Shown one piece after another: positions 52,839-64,000 of a stretch of 64,000 nt of DNA. The position numbers and the translations under genes were made by a program. Positions within the stretch are counted from its first letter, which is position 1, and each line of letters begins with the position of its first letter. The stretch is from contig JAPETS010000015.1 in NCBI GenBank assembly GCA_026023565.1, positions 434,001 through 498,000 of the forward strand, given 5' to 3'. Origin of the DNA: Cirrosporium novae-zelandiae (Eukaryota). The notes under the pieces are model-generated. The model saw only the letters and a list, made by a program, of their open reading frames with translations, made no database searches and was not told where the DNA came from.

Positions 52839-55800
52839 TCATGTCTCATCATCGATCATCATCCCCAGAGAAGGCCTATTGTCTGGTTCCGTTGTGACTG
52901 TGTCGTCGGATTCAACAGCATCAAAACTATTCACACCGAAGTGGTAATCTTGGACTGGGGAGGTTGGTGGAAATGGGAAGTCTGGTATGGACATTGTTGA
53001 CATAATGGTATCTCTGTTGTTAGGAAATCGTGGAAGAGCGCTGAGTTCGTCTTGTTGGATGTCTATCTGTTCCTGTTCTAATTCATCTTCCCCTATATCT
53101 GAGACAGAAATTCTGCTCTCGTGTGATCTTGCTGGGATTCGCGGGGGTTTGGTTATATGAATAGAAGCACTTCTATCCAAATCTTCATCTTCACTGGAAA
53201 TTTCTAAAGACAAGTCTATCTCGTGATCTGAAAGGGGTTCTTTAGTTTCATCCACCTGAGATATTGTGGTAATTTGTTCCGTAGAAGAAGCAGCAGCATT
53301 AAGGATTTCAGTGGTGGCATCTGTCTCTGTAACTTGAGTATTTTCCTCCAGATCTGTTGGCGCGGATTCGGTGATCGATGATGATAAATAACGGAACTCG
53401 GATTCTGACGTGAGAAGCCAGGTGACTGGTCGTACCTGACTCTGCCGTATATGATTTCGTGTAATTGCTTTGCTTACACATTCCTTGTCTTTATCGTCAT
53501 TTACTTGCTTGTCTTTTTGAGATTCGTTGTCCAGTGAGTCGATCTCCAACATACTCGAAAACCCAGACTCGAGGTCAAATTCGTCGTCCTCCAGATGAAG
53601 AGGAGGAAGCATAGATATTTCCGGAAGGCGAAAAGAACTTGGTTGAAACAATTCTGGCTTTGAGGATTTTGGCTCCAAAGGCTTATTTTTCGTTGACTCT
53701 AGTTTCGGGGACGGAGACTTTGAAGGTTCTGACCTGGTGAGCTCTTCTGGGTGAGGTTGAGCCTCTTGGGGGACTTCTTCATCACATGCATTGTCAGAAA
53801 ATTCCTCGATGGATTCCATTCGGGAAAGATTAGGAGAACTGGGAGGAGCAATAAGGGTGTCCCCGACACCAAGAGGAACCGGACACGACTGTGAGGGTGG
53901 TGTAAGTGGGTTAGAATATAGGGCACTTTGTCGCTTATGGAGTTGTGTATTGGTATCATCTTCATAGCTTCGATAGGGATGTTTTCCGTCATCTTCCTCT
54001 TCGATTCTCGAGAGTTTTTTCATAAAATCAGCATCAAGCGGAGCGGCAGGTACTTTCTGCAAAACCAGCATCAGCCCCAACATGACCCTCCCTTAACAGT
54101 TATGGGCGGCATACGTCATCTTTTTCTATCAAGTCCGCCTTCCCCCTCGACGTCGATGAGCTGACAATTTCAGCAGTCAAGCTTCCTCCGCCCCTATCCT
54201 TTTGGCTATTCCCACCAACAACAACCTTCTTAGCAACAGCGATCCTCGCAGGAACGTCTCCAGCCATTCTTCCGACACTCATCTGCCGACTTAGTAAGCC
54301 ACCGGAGACAACTTCTCTTTCTACCATTACGACCATCCAGACACTCACTCTATCATCTGAACCACAAAGAGGGGTGCATGAAATCCAGCGTGGTTTAACT
54401 TGTGGGGCAAAAGGATTATTGCGAGAAAATGACCCAGAACGGTAGGGCTTATGCTGGTCGGAAGCATGCTTGTCCTGCGAATATTTAGACCGAGGGATTT
54501 GTTTACCCCTTGAACCTAGTTTGGTATTTTTATCGTTGCTTTCCTCATCGTTTTCGTTGGCGATAGTACTAGAATCATCACGACGACCCAAGATGTTATT
54601 AGACAACCAGTTTACTTTTGCCGTCACTGCATAGCCATGCTCAAACGCATCTTTGAGTCTTTCGCGCACGTGGTCTGGATCGCCAATGCGCTGCATGAAG
54701 TAGCTTTGCAGCAAGCCTGGTATGCGCATAGCAGGGGAAACAAAAATAATGCGGAGAGATGGATATGGGCGTACAAGAAGATAATGCTGATAGACGCCAG
54801 GAAGTCTACTAGAAGGGCCAAGTGTGAAAACCGGGGACTCTGCATTTGGAAAAGGAGATGACTGCATATTTTCGAAAGCGAGTGTAGCATCTGGATCGAG
54901 AATGCGACGACTACCACGAGATAGAGATGACCTATAATTACCATTATAATTGTAGGAATTGTGAATCCATTCTGGAGGTAGAGGTGCATTACCATCCCCC
55001 ATATGCTCATCAGATTGCATTGACGAACGACGAGAATGAGATTGTACTATTGCGGCTTCTTCAAAGGAAAATAGGTGACTAAGCTCAGAAAGTTTCTGAA
55101 TTTGCTTGCGGCCATGGGTTGAATTTCTCTTGCTTCGATGTACCGAACCAGCCGAGCTCCATGAATTGTGCTTATGGGCAGAATCAATACGACTTGAGCG
55201 GAGACCGCGCTCGTACGAAAGACATTTTTCAAAAGAATCAAGGCCGCGGCCTTCTTCAACGAGGCCAGTTACGTCAATTTGGGCGCCTAGATAGTAACAA
55301 ATAGTGCCCCGATTATCAAACAAGGGAGCGATCAGAAGGAGGTTGACGAAGGGTGAACCGTCGCGGCGACTGATGGGATAATCAGGTTAGTGAAATCTCA
55401 TTAAGTGGCTTTGTGGAAGAGTTACTAGTTCAGCACAGTTTCGCAAATTTCTTGACCTTGAGCAAGAGCTTGAGTAATTCTTGTTATACATCGTGGGTCT
55501 GTTTTTGGCCCCTGTAGAAAACGGCAGTTACGACCGATGACATATTCTCGGTTGTATTGAGTCGTTCGATAAAATTCTACTCAAAAATTATCAGATTAGT
55601 CCCAATTTCGTTCGTCAGAAACATATGTAAAGTTGTTTCAATTAAAAATGGACAAGGGTATACCGTCTGAAGCATATACAACAGGATTGTCTTTCCGACT
55701 GGGATCCGTGAGACAGAATGTCTCCGCTAGACCACCGATCAAGTCACGCATCACCGGTGCTTGTAGTCCAGTAATCTGTTTGACCAAGCTTTCAGTAACA

Positions 55801-56591
55801 ATATCGACCAATTTATTCGTGATGAATCCTGGAAGGGCCTCTGAAACTAGTACTTCAAATGATTTGAAATTGCGCATCTCAAACCGAGGATCCATTGAGG
55901 CTGCTATAGATGGACCGTAAGAGTTTTTATCTTCGGTCGGAGATAGCACGTTTTCTGCTATCGCATTTGCATACTCGATCGCTTTGATAGCTTTACTCGT
56001 TTCAAGATAGCGGACGAGTATCGGTGCAAGCTGGGGATTGTAACGATTCAGAAAAGCAGTAAACTTAAGAAACTGTGAGGAGTCATCAAGAATTGCACGA
56101 AGATGAGGTCCAGAAAACAGTAGTTCAGCTAATAAATCGACTTTGCTGGTGATCAGCCGAGGGGAAGAAGTACCAAGATGGTACTGCTCGTCACAAGATG
56201 GACGATGTATTGAAGAGTAGTTCCTTTGAGCACCATGGGACTCCTCTGTTTTAACATCTTTATTATTTGTGATGTCTGGAATAGGAGGAAGAGGGGCATC
56301 AAAAGCAAATGGAAGAGACCCCGAAGGTGTGAGAGAGTCTGGCCAGCTTATATCGTCCTTTGCAATAGGTGGTAGATCAGTAGGATCAAATTTGAAGGTC
56401 TTTGGTCGTATGCTAGGGCTACTGCTCTTTTTCCTTAATTTCCTGGGAGAAGTATAATCTGTCTGTTTTTCGCCTGGATGGTCCTTAGAATGTGCTTGAG
56501 GACGTTCGGGACGGGACTGTCTCGACTTCAAGCTGTCTATAAAATCAAGGCCGCGTAAGACTCGGCGGGAAACTTGATGATGAAGAGGCAT
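52839..56591 (-). CDS. RGS-LOV-DUF type blue-light photoreceptor with extended acidic C-terminal tail (exons 56591-55664, 55576-55426, 55369-54115, 54056-52839; 1183 aa)
   Basis: LOV domain reads FCLTDPSRKDNPVVYASD|EFYRTTQY..IGRNCRFLQGPKTD..LNY|RRDGSPFVNLL..YYLGAQIDVT. An RGS-like helical region lies upstream and a YLLVRPYPSLRIIFVSP...RWISCTPL..VWMVVM domain downstream. Exon lengths sum to 3552 nt, which is in frame. Confidence 0.88.
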
Positions 56592-58358
56592 GATTATGAG
56601 GTGTAAATTAATGAGGACAAGAGGGTAGGACAGAGCATTAATGGAAGGACAGGAGGAATAAAAAAGACTTTCAACCGTACAAAACAAGAAGAAGAAGAAG
56701 CATCATGTAACTACATACAATGGCAGGTGCCAGAATTACAGATCGCAATTGTAACAGATATCGAGTTCTAGACGAGAAGGCTGGTAAACACGTAGGTACG
56801 TAATTTTCTTAGAGTGAAATGGCAGGAGCAAGTCGAAGTCCTCGTTATACTTTTTCATTACTACCAAGCCAATAATGGACATGGTCAAGATTTTCCTGGC
56901 ACACCTGCTGATGATGATGCCCGTCGGCAAGCCATCACGCTCTGCATAGATACGGAGTAACGGTAAAGGTACAGTATCCACATGGAAGCTAGATCTATAA
57001 AAATACCATCGAATAAGAGATTCACAAGGCCCTTAAGAGATGCAGAGAAAAAGCAAAATTGATCAAAAATGGTGGTTCCGATCGAATCATTGACTGAGTT
57101 TATACCATGTATTCAAATGTAGATGACTGCTGACCTCTTCTTTCGCCTGGAAAGTAAACCATCTGAATGACTCTGGATGCCAACAAACCTGCATAATGCC
57201 CGTGATATTACCCTCAATTCTCACGAGAACTGGACGGGGAAGTAGGGACGTCGGCTCTGGTAGACCGACAAGGAAAGGCAGGGTACCCAGGGTCTGGGAG
57301 ATACTGGAGGTACTGGAATGTACATGGAAATAGAAAGCCACAAAACTGAATAAGAAGAAGAAAATTGGTTTGCATGTCATCATCCATGCATCGTAGAGTT
57401 TAGAAGTGATGAAGTTATTACATGTAATTAAAGTCAACAGCAACATGGGTTTCGGTGTATTTTTTATCAAGTACCGGACAAGAAATAGGCGTTTTGCGAG
57501 AACGTTCGTTTGTAAGATTCCCAGGTTAAAACACAACACCAAGGAGCAATTTATCTGGAGATGCCGACCCAGCCACTCAAGTTCCAGCCGATCCGGCATG
57601 AAAACTGGGATAAAAAAGAAACAGAGACAAAGTCCAATTGTCTTAGTTTGTGACGAGACAATTCCCGCCACATTTATAGCTAGTTTATTAAAATCAGAGA
57701 CCGATTAATTGTCTAGATATCCAGATTGAAAAAAGCCCCAGTTACACATGCAGATTCAGGGACGGAAGGCCTATCTTCAAAACATAGATACATTGGCCGC
57801 TCAAACCAACCCCCCGGTACCTGTATCTACATCTGCAGCAACCCCTGCGGCATTGGGTCCTCTCGGGAGTTTCTTTGATTCGTGGTTGAGCAAAAAGAAT
57901 GGAAGCCACCTGCCTGCGTTCCCCAAGCAACACAGTCAATCCTATACCATAGATTTTCAGAAGCCTGACCTTCCCGAACCACATTAACGTCCCCGAGACC
58001 TCATATTGAAGAACGGCAAGTATGATTATAAGACTTCCAAGAATGAGAAAGCAATACCGGTATTAGTGGTGAGTTGATTAGAAGTAATATGTAATAGCCG
58101 CATAAAAAGGGTATGTAAGCATACGTGAAGAGCAAGGTCAAGCATACCGTCTATCACCTAAGAGACGGAAGCCGTCAGGTATCATAGTTCGCTGAAATCA
58201 TGCAGAAATCCGCCGCTAACCACATCACCAAACCCCGTCCCCTCCGTCCCATCACCTCCCATTCCTCCCGATAAATTTAACCAGCTTGAAGTGAATGACA
58301 AGAAATCTAGTAAAAGATGACATCTCCCTTTATAACATGAGCTCTCCCGACATTCCAC

Positions 58359-60957
58359 CTAGGGCTCCTTACCATCAAGCTCCCCATCGAGGATCTTCCT
58401 TGCAGTGTGAAGTCTTCTCCTGAACATCTTCCCTTTATAATCCGCCCCTTCTGTTTCTCCCTCCCGCAAGTTTGCGCATATCTTCACGAGGCTAGTAACT
58501 AGTTGATCCACAAGCTCTCGATCTGTTTCCCCAAGGCCACGTAGTAGCGTTCTTTCGGCCGATCCACTCTTGAATGAAGACGGCGAGCCACTTCGAGGTA
58601 AACTGTCTCCACCTGATCGATTTGATGCGCGAGATAAAGGGAAGTTTCGAGGTGTAGGAAGGTCCGATGTGTCGCTGGTAGGACTTCGACGAGAATCAAA
58701 CGAACGTTTCCTGGGAGGTGGCGACGGTACTCCAATCTGAAGCTCCGCAATATGGTGGCGAACCGTGGGCTGCTGAAATCGAGTCCAGTGGTCTTCATCT
58801 TCTGATGCATAGTCTGATCCAAGTCCTTCCGTTGCTGTAGCAAACGTGGCCATCGTTGATATAGAATCAGTGCTATTATTCCGTTGATGGCTCTTTGGGA
58901 GGGCGGCTGATGATACTTGTGGCTGCTCTAGTGGTTGGGTTGTTCCGCGTGTGGTCTCAACGGAATTTTCTGATGATACACTTCCTCTTCTTTCTTGGCC
59001 ACGACTATAATTACCTAGCGCTGAATGCAGAAAGAAATGTTCATAATCAAAAGCATCTGCGCGATCCTCATGTCTTTCACCAATAGGTACGTCGACTACA
59101 TCTTCGGAATTTAGCTGTGGGCTGTCTTCTTCCGGAGATGGATAATCTTGGGTAGTTAGGGCGTGATGCAAAAGCTGGGATCCAGCGCCATTTTCAAGCT
59201 GAGCATCATTCTGATGAGCCATTGCGTCTGAATAGTCGTCTTTAAAGGAATCATCTGCCTCATGCTCAACATTCTGTTCGTTTTGAGATATGTACGTGGT
59301 TCTTTCGTCAAGTTCGGTCGATCTATCAGCCTGTCTAGCATCAGGTTTAGATCCTATACTCTGTCCCGCACTCTTATGCTCTTCGCGTGTCACAAGAGGA
59401 CTTTCAGATCTACGCCACCCATAACCTGCATTGGCACTCAGAGGACCCCCATGATAACCATGCGCACTTGAATACCACTGTTCTGTGGAGTTTAATGGGC
59501 TTCTAGCCCTAAGATTCTGCATGCTTCTTCTTCGTAATTGATCTTCTTTTGCACGCTCCTTTAAATTTGAAATTTTCCCTTTCAAATCATTCATTTGCTC
59601 CCGGAGATCACGCATCTGCATTGATGATCTAGACCGTGTAATCACAGAATTTGTGGGATGTGCATGATCGAAATCTCGCAGTTTTTCCGATATACCCGAA
59701 CCCGTGATTCCTAAACCCGTAGCAACTGGTGAAACCGGAGGGTTGCTCTGTAACGTTGGTGGCGCATCGTCCTCGCGAACAGATCTTAACGGTGTTGGTT
59801 GCCGATTGAACATCAGCGAACTATGCCGGGAGAGGGGGTAGCTTGAGGTATCGTTTGAAGACCGAAAGGAGGGAGCATCGCTATTACTGATTAGGCTTCT
59901 AGAAAGGCTAGTAGTTCCTAACGCGCTTGACGCACGAGGACCAGACCTTTGAACTCCAGTAGGAGACCGAAGAAAAGATGAAGGTAGAGATGTTTCGCTA
60001 ACAACTCTCCCGTGGCCAGTAGGTCCTCCAGGAGATGTTAGTTTAAATGGAAGGAGTTGTCGGTTATTTGCAGGGGCAATCCTCAACGTGGGGGAAATTT
60101 TCCGATCGCCATTTCGAAAAGCAGGGGAATCCGGGGACTGAGAGCTTCTATCGGCTAATGAAGAGAGGGATGAGGATGGCGTTATCATGAAAGAACGTCG
60201 GGCTCTGTTCAAGTTCCCTTCCATGGTCTGTGAGTTGGTCAGTAGTTTACTCAAATACTATAATGCTAGTTAATGACAGTTTTCTCACACTGAGTCGCTT
60301 CTTCGCATTGGCTAGAATCTGTTCGGCTCTGGCGCTGAGCGCTGCACTTGAGTATAAATCGTCCTCATCCTCACTGGACTGTTTCTCGGGGTGTTGAGTA
60401 CCATTTTCAGAACCTGAAGCTTTATAATCCTCATCATCACTGGCTTCCGATATAAGTTCCTCCTCTTTTACACCTGGACCACTATCAAACCCGTCCCAAT
60501 GTATTATATCGGAATTGACACTCGACCCTGAGCTCGAATGCCTATCCTCATCTTCATTTTGCGCCATTATCTTGTGCCCGCTTGTCAATAATGGGCCCAA
60601 TCGCGGGTCCTCGTTTGTTGTAAATCCTGATGAAGTATTCCTCGATCTTGCTGCGCTTTGTGCCTCTTCTATAGTTGATAGGGGTCTTCCGTGACTATCC
60701 ACTGCATATGCAAGATCTTTACCGAGAGGAGATGGCTTCCATCGAAGGTGAGATCGCGCAGTAATTGAATTCGGAAACGGGGGTATAAGGTTGGTTATAG
60801 AGGGAGAAGATGGAAGGCTGGCTGGCAAAAAAGGAGGCGGCGAAGGTGTAGAAGAACTTCTTGAGTGGTTGCTGTACGGTAGAATCAAATCAGGGTTGGT
60901 GAGTGTAGGAGATGGAAGAGCTAGATGGTGGAAATCGGTATGCTTTTCAAAATGCAT
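58359..60957 (-). CDS. Hypothetical protein, S/P-rich with coiled coil, 2 exons
   Basis: Two long ORFs joined by a GTGAGA..CAG intron (60288-60228). Ordered motifs PSPTLTNPDLILP, LSARAEQILANAKKRL|TMEGNLNRAR, MRDLREQMNDLKGKISNLK and HEDRADAFDYEHFFLHSALG. Confidence 0.8.
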
Positions 60958-62148
60958 TTTGTAGGTTCCGACGGTCGAAACATAGGGCCAATATAATTGG
61001 CGTTGGCGCACGAAGCCGAGAACACAGAGATGCGGAGCCGTTGGCGGAAATGAAAAGTCAAGCTCGGATTATTGCAGAACGGAAGGGGGCCAAAATGAAT
61101 TGAGCTAGCACCGCATCAATGGAAGGGGCTAATCTCCGTTTGAGAAACTTTTCAAAACATGACGTGAATAATATATCAGATGAACATGCCCGAATTTTGA
61201 TCCACCGAATACTCCCCGCTGTAGTGAATTCACCGATGATGGGAGATGATAGCCACCTGTTGCAAATGAGCGGAAGGGGAGGGCTTAGGGGCTGGAGGAG
61301 GGTTGAGAGGCTGAGAGGCTGAGAAGCTGAGAGGCTGAGCAGAAGGGGAGGGATGAAGGAAAGCTCCTCTTCCCAGTTTCCAGATTCGGCTGTGAATTGC
61401 GCAAATTCAATTAAAGTTGCCGACCCGTCAATCTTCATCCCTGCTTTGACTCGCTTTGACTCGCTTGTGTCAAAGTTCTGCGGCTGTCCCTGATTACTTA
61501 CAGCTATAGCTCCAGGTTACACTAAACCAAGAATTGCTTGAATACTTTACTCTACTACTTTGGTACTTTAGTAATATATTGTAATATATTATATACTAGC
61601 TATAGGCATACACAACATAGCGTTTCAAAGCGTCTTCAATATAAAGTACCTAGGTACTTAGTATAAATATTGTAGCTTCTACGGAAGTATTATTTTGCTT
61701 CCGAGTTAATCGCTATACTAACCACATCCTTGGGACCTCCTAGATCCCAATGAGCTTACTATTTCCAACTGTTCATCATTTGTCCTTCCTGACCACATCA
61801 ATATTCTTCTCTTCCTTCTTCCATGTTTTTTCTTTTCTTTCATCTTAAGAAAGCTTTAACTTTATAACCAAAAAGCCCCTGAGAGTTTGAATAATGCAGT
61901 AACTGATCTCTGATCTATTCTACTAAACTTTATCATACCTACCTCCCAAGGTGAACTGAATCTTCTTCTGTTTCATCTCCCTTCCTCCAATATCTAGGGA
62001 TAATGGATCCTCGCCTATCAGGCTACGGAGTTTCGCCATTACCTGGTCAAGCAGCGTCGGCACATGTTTTTTTGTGAACATGTCGCTTTTCTTGCCATCT
62101 AACCTCTCAGATTCACCAGGTCCACGTCCACACCGACCATTGATCTTG

Positions 62149-63104
62149 TTAGAAACCATACAATAAAGTCATGATTTCCATCCTGTTCTTCGATATTTTT
62201 CTGCTCTTACTCAGTCTCTTCTTCAGTTTCAACAACTTAACCCCCTTTCTAGGCTTTCCCATTAGAACCGCCATCATAGCCTCAGCTTGAGATTCATTGA
62301 CAAGCTCATCCTATGCGGAGTATGCAACTACTGCGAGAAGCCCATTTTTCCATACATTATTATGTTTGCCTGTGACTGGCGACGCCTCTTCCCAATATTC
62401 TTCCTCTCCAAACGCGGTTTCAATAAATTCGCGGTAGGCGGGAATGCTATAAAAGTGTTCGACGAACTATATTATATCATCAAATCTTGAGTACCATTCA
62501 TTTCGATGGAGTCTTATTTTTCAAATCATAACTACCTTCCGTCCCTACTATGGCCTGTGGAAATGAGATGGCCGTGAGGCTTTTAGCCACTCATTTCCTC
62601 GCAGCGACCTGATATACTTGAGCAGCGCCAGCGCTATTCCATACTAACATATACTATTCGCTAAACCTATACTGCTCTTGAAGATATTTTATCGCCCTCA
62701 AATTTTCGTATAAATGGTCAAGATGTTTTGCATTTCTAGCAGACAATTCGGAGCTGCCGGGGCTGGGTAATCTAGGGGCGATGAAAGTTTATGGTTGATA
62801 GATGCGAATCTAGCAAAATGATGGATCATAGAGCAAAAATACAGTTGTTCGAGGGTAAGAACGAATGACTTAGCAGTCATTTTAGAGTCTCCATGCCCCT
62901 CCATAAATATAGCTATTAGCCATTACTAGCGAGGTGAACCATGACTGCAGACATAGAAAGAATAAACACACGTCAGCCAGATACAAGTACTTGTATTATT
63001 GATATCATTGTCTCGGTTCAGTGGTATCCAAATATCGACGGTTTAGAGGGAAATTGTGGTGAGTGTAAGTGGAGAATTATGAATTGAATAAGTTGTTAAG
63101 ACAT
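62149..63104 (-). pseudogene. BNA7: Disrupted kynurenine formamidase (alpha/beta hydrolase) pseudogene
   Basis: Colinear fragments across frameshifts: L*TVDIWIP, WLT|YIYGGAWR, FASINHKLS, ARNAKHLDHL..AIKYLQEQYRFSE*YMLVWNSAGA, PQAIVGTEGSYDL, PAYREFIETAFGEEEYWEEASP, VAYSA*DELVNESQAEAM. Several in-frame stops and frameshifts are present. Confidence 0.82.
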
Positions 63105-64000
63105 TTCGGCTGTTCAATTATGGACCCCGAGACTTCTCACTCTTATCTACTTTTAAGCTTATCTCGCTTGGCTACTGTAGGTTAGGATAACAAGTACTTA
63201 CATGTAGGTACTTGTTATCCTCAGTAGAAAATATGAATGGTTGTTTGACCTTCCCACAATTACAGATGAAGAGAACATTTGTAATAAGCCTGTATCTCAG
63301 CAAGCTATTTACCAGCTTTGCTATGTTCACTATATCGATCAAGCATAAATCTACTAATGTCGTTGAGGGAATAGTTATATCTCGAAAGCTAACGATCGAA
63401 TACTTGAAACTAGGGACTGAAAGATCAGAGGACTAGTATTTATGTAACATTTATTTATCCAATACTTTTAAAATGCAAGATAATAGACTGTAAGCCTTAT
63501 CAATTCTCTAACATTTATGTAGCACAACTAGGGTGAATCTTCCTAAGAATCTCATCAATCTTATCGTTACCACAAACTAATGCAAATTGAATACCGAGAG
63601 GCTCCTTTTTTAGCGGCTTCCTAAACAAATGCGTCAACTAATTCTTAGAAGGGGCCACACCGATTGGAAGTGATCATTGACATACAACGTGCGCGTAGGC
63701 ATGGAGGCAAATAGGAAAGTGGCCAGCCAAAGGAAGATCATTCTTCATTGGTCTCTTCCTGGAATTGTGGGATCTTGAAAACGGTCCTAGCGTTGGGTTT
63801 AGAACTTTTCTTTGGAAAGAAAACAGCCAATCTATCTACTTTATGCATGTAGCCTGACTGCTTGTCCCAGTGAAGGCGGATGAAATCCAGATAAGTTGTT
63901 TTCAGTTACATGGAGAATGGCATTTATAATAGAGTAGATGCAACTAAACATACCTGTATCTAACCACAACGCAAGCCAAACACTTTGAGAAATTTCGACT

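Noticed and set aside
52839..54083. 414-aa ORF as an independent gene
   Set aside because: Its ATG lies inside a well-formed intron only 16 nt from the previous ORF's stop; better explained as the last exon of the RGS-LOV gene.
57087..57987. ORFs of 79-194 aa between the LOV gene and the hypothetical gene
   Set aside because: No motifs; overlapping on both strands; probably promoter or UTR sequence.
63730..64000. Possible terminal exon(s) of a minus-strand gene (YLDFIRLHWDKQ...; donor GTATGT ~63954)
   Set aside because: No suitable acceptor before the open stretch, and it is truncated by the window edge, so it cannot be supported.

Overview
Gene-dense, intron-containing fungal DNA, most likely a filamentous ascomycete (Pezizomycotina): introns are mostly ~50-120 nt with GT/GC..CTRAY..AG signals. 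I can support 19 intact protein-coding genes: GGC1, glycogen branching enzyme, prefoldin 1, a coiled-coil hypothetical protein, a small secreted Cys-rich protein, alkaline ceramidase, TRAPPC11, a chromodomain protein, Rab11/YPT31, an alpha/beta hydrolase, a multi-BRCT Rtt107/Brc1-like protein, VPS25, TRM8, a DUF3824-like protein, a CSP-1/Nrg1-like C2H2 factor, a LaeA-like methyltransferase, a LIM protein, an RGS-LOV photoreceptor and a further hypothetical protein. Four signals stand out, and the ORF track shows them only partly or not at all. (1) A decayed kynurenine formamidase (BNA7) pseudogene at 62149-63104 hints at erosion of de novo NAD synthesis. (2) An RGS-LOV blue-light receptor has its GRNCRFLQG motif in an exon the ORF track missed, and splicing adds a ~400-aa acidic tail. 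(3) A CSP-1-like gene has a ~6.3-kb upstream region carrying repeated GATCGAGATC elements. (4) An orphan Kex2-type precursor encodes an 8-Cys double-hairpin peptide. No RNA genes, intact transposons or CRISPR arrays were recognised. All family assignments come from manual translation and recalled motifs, not database searches.
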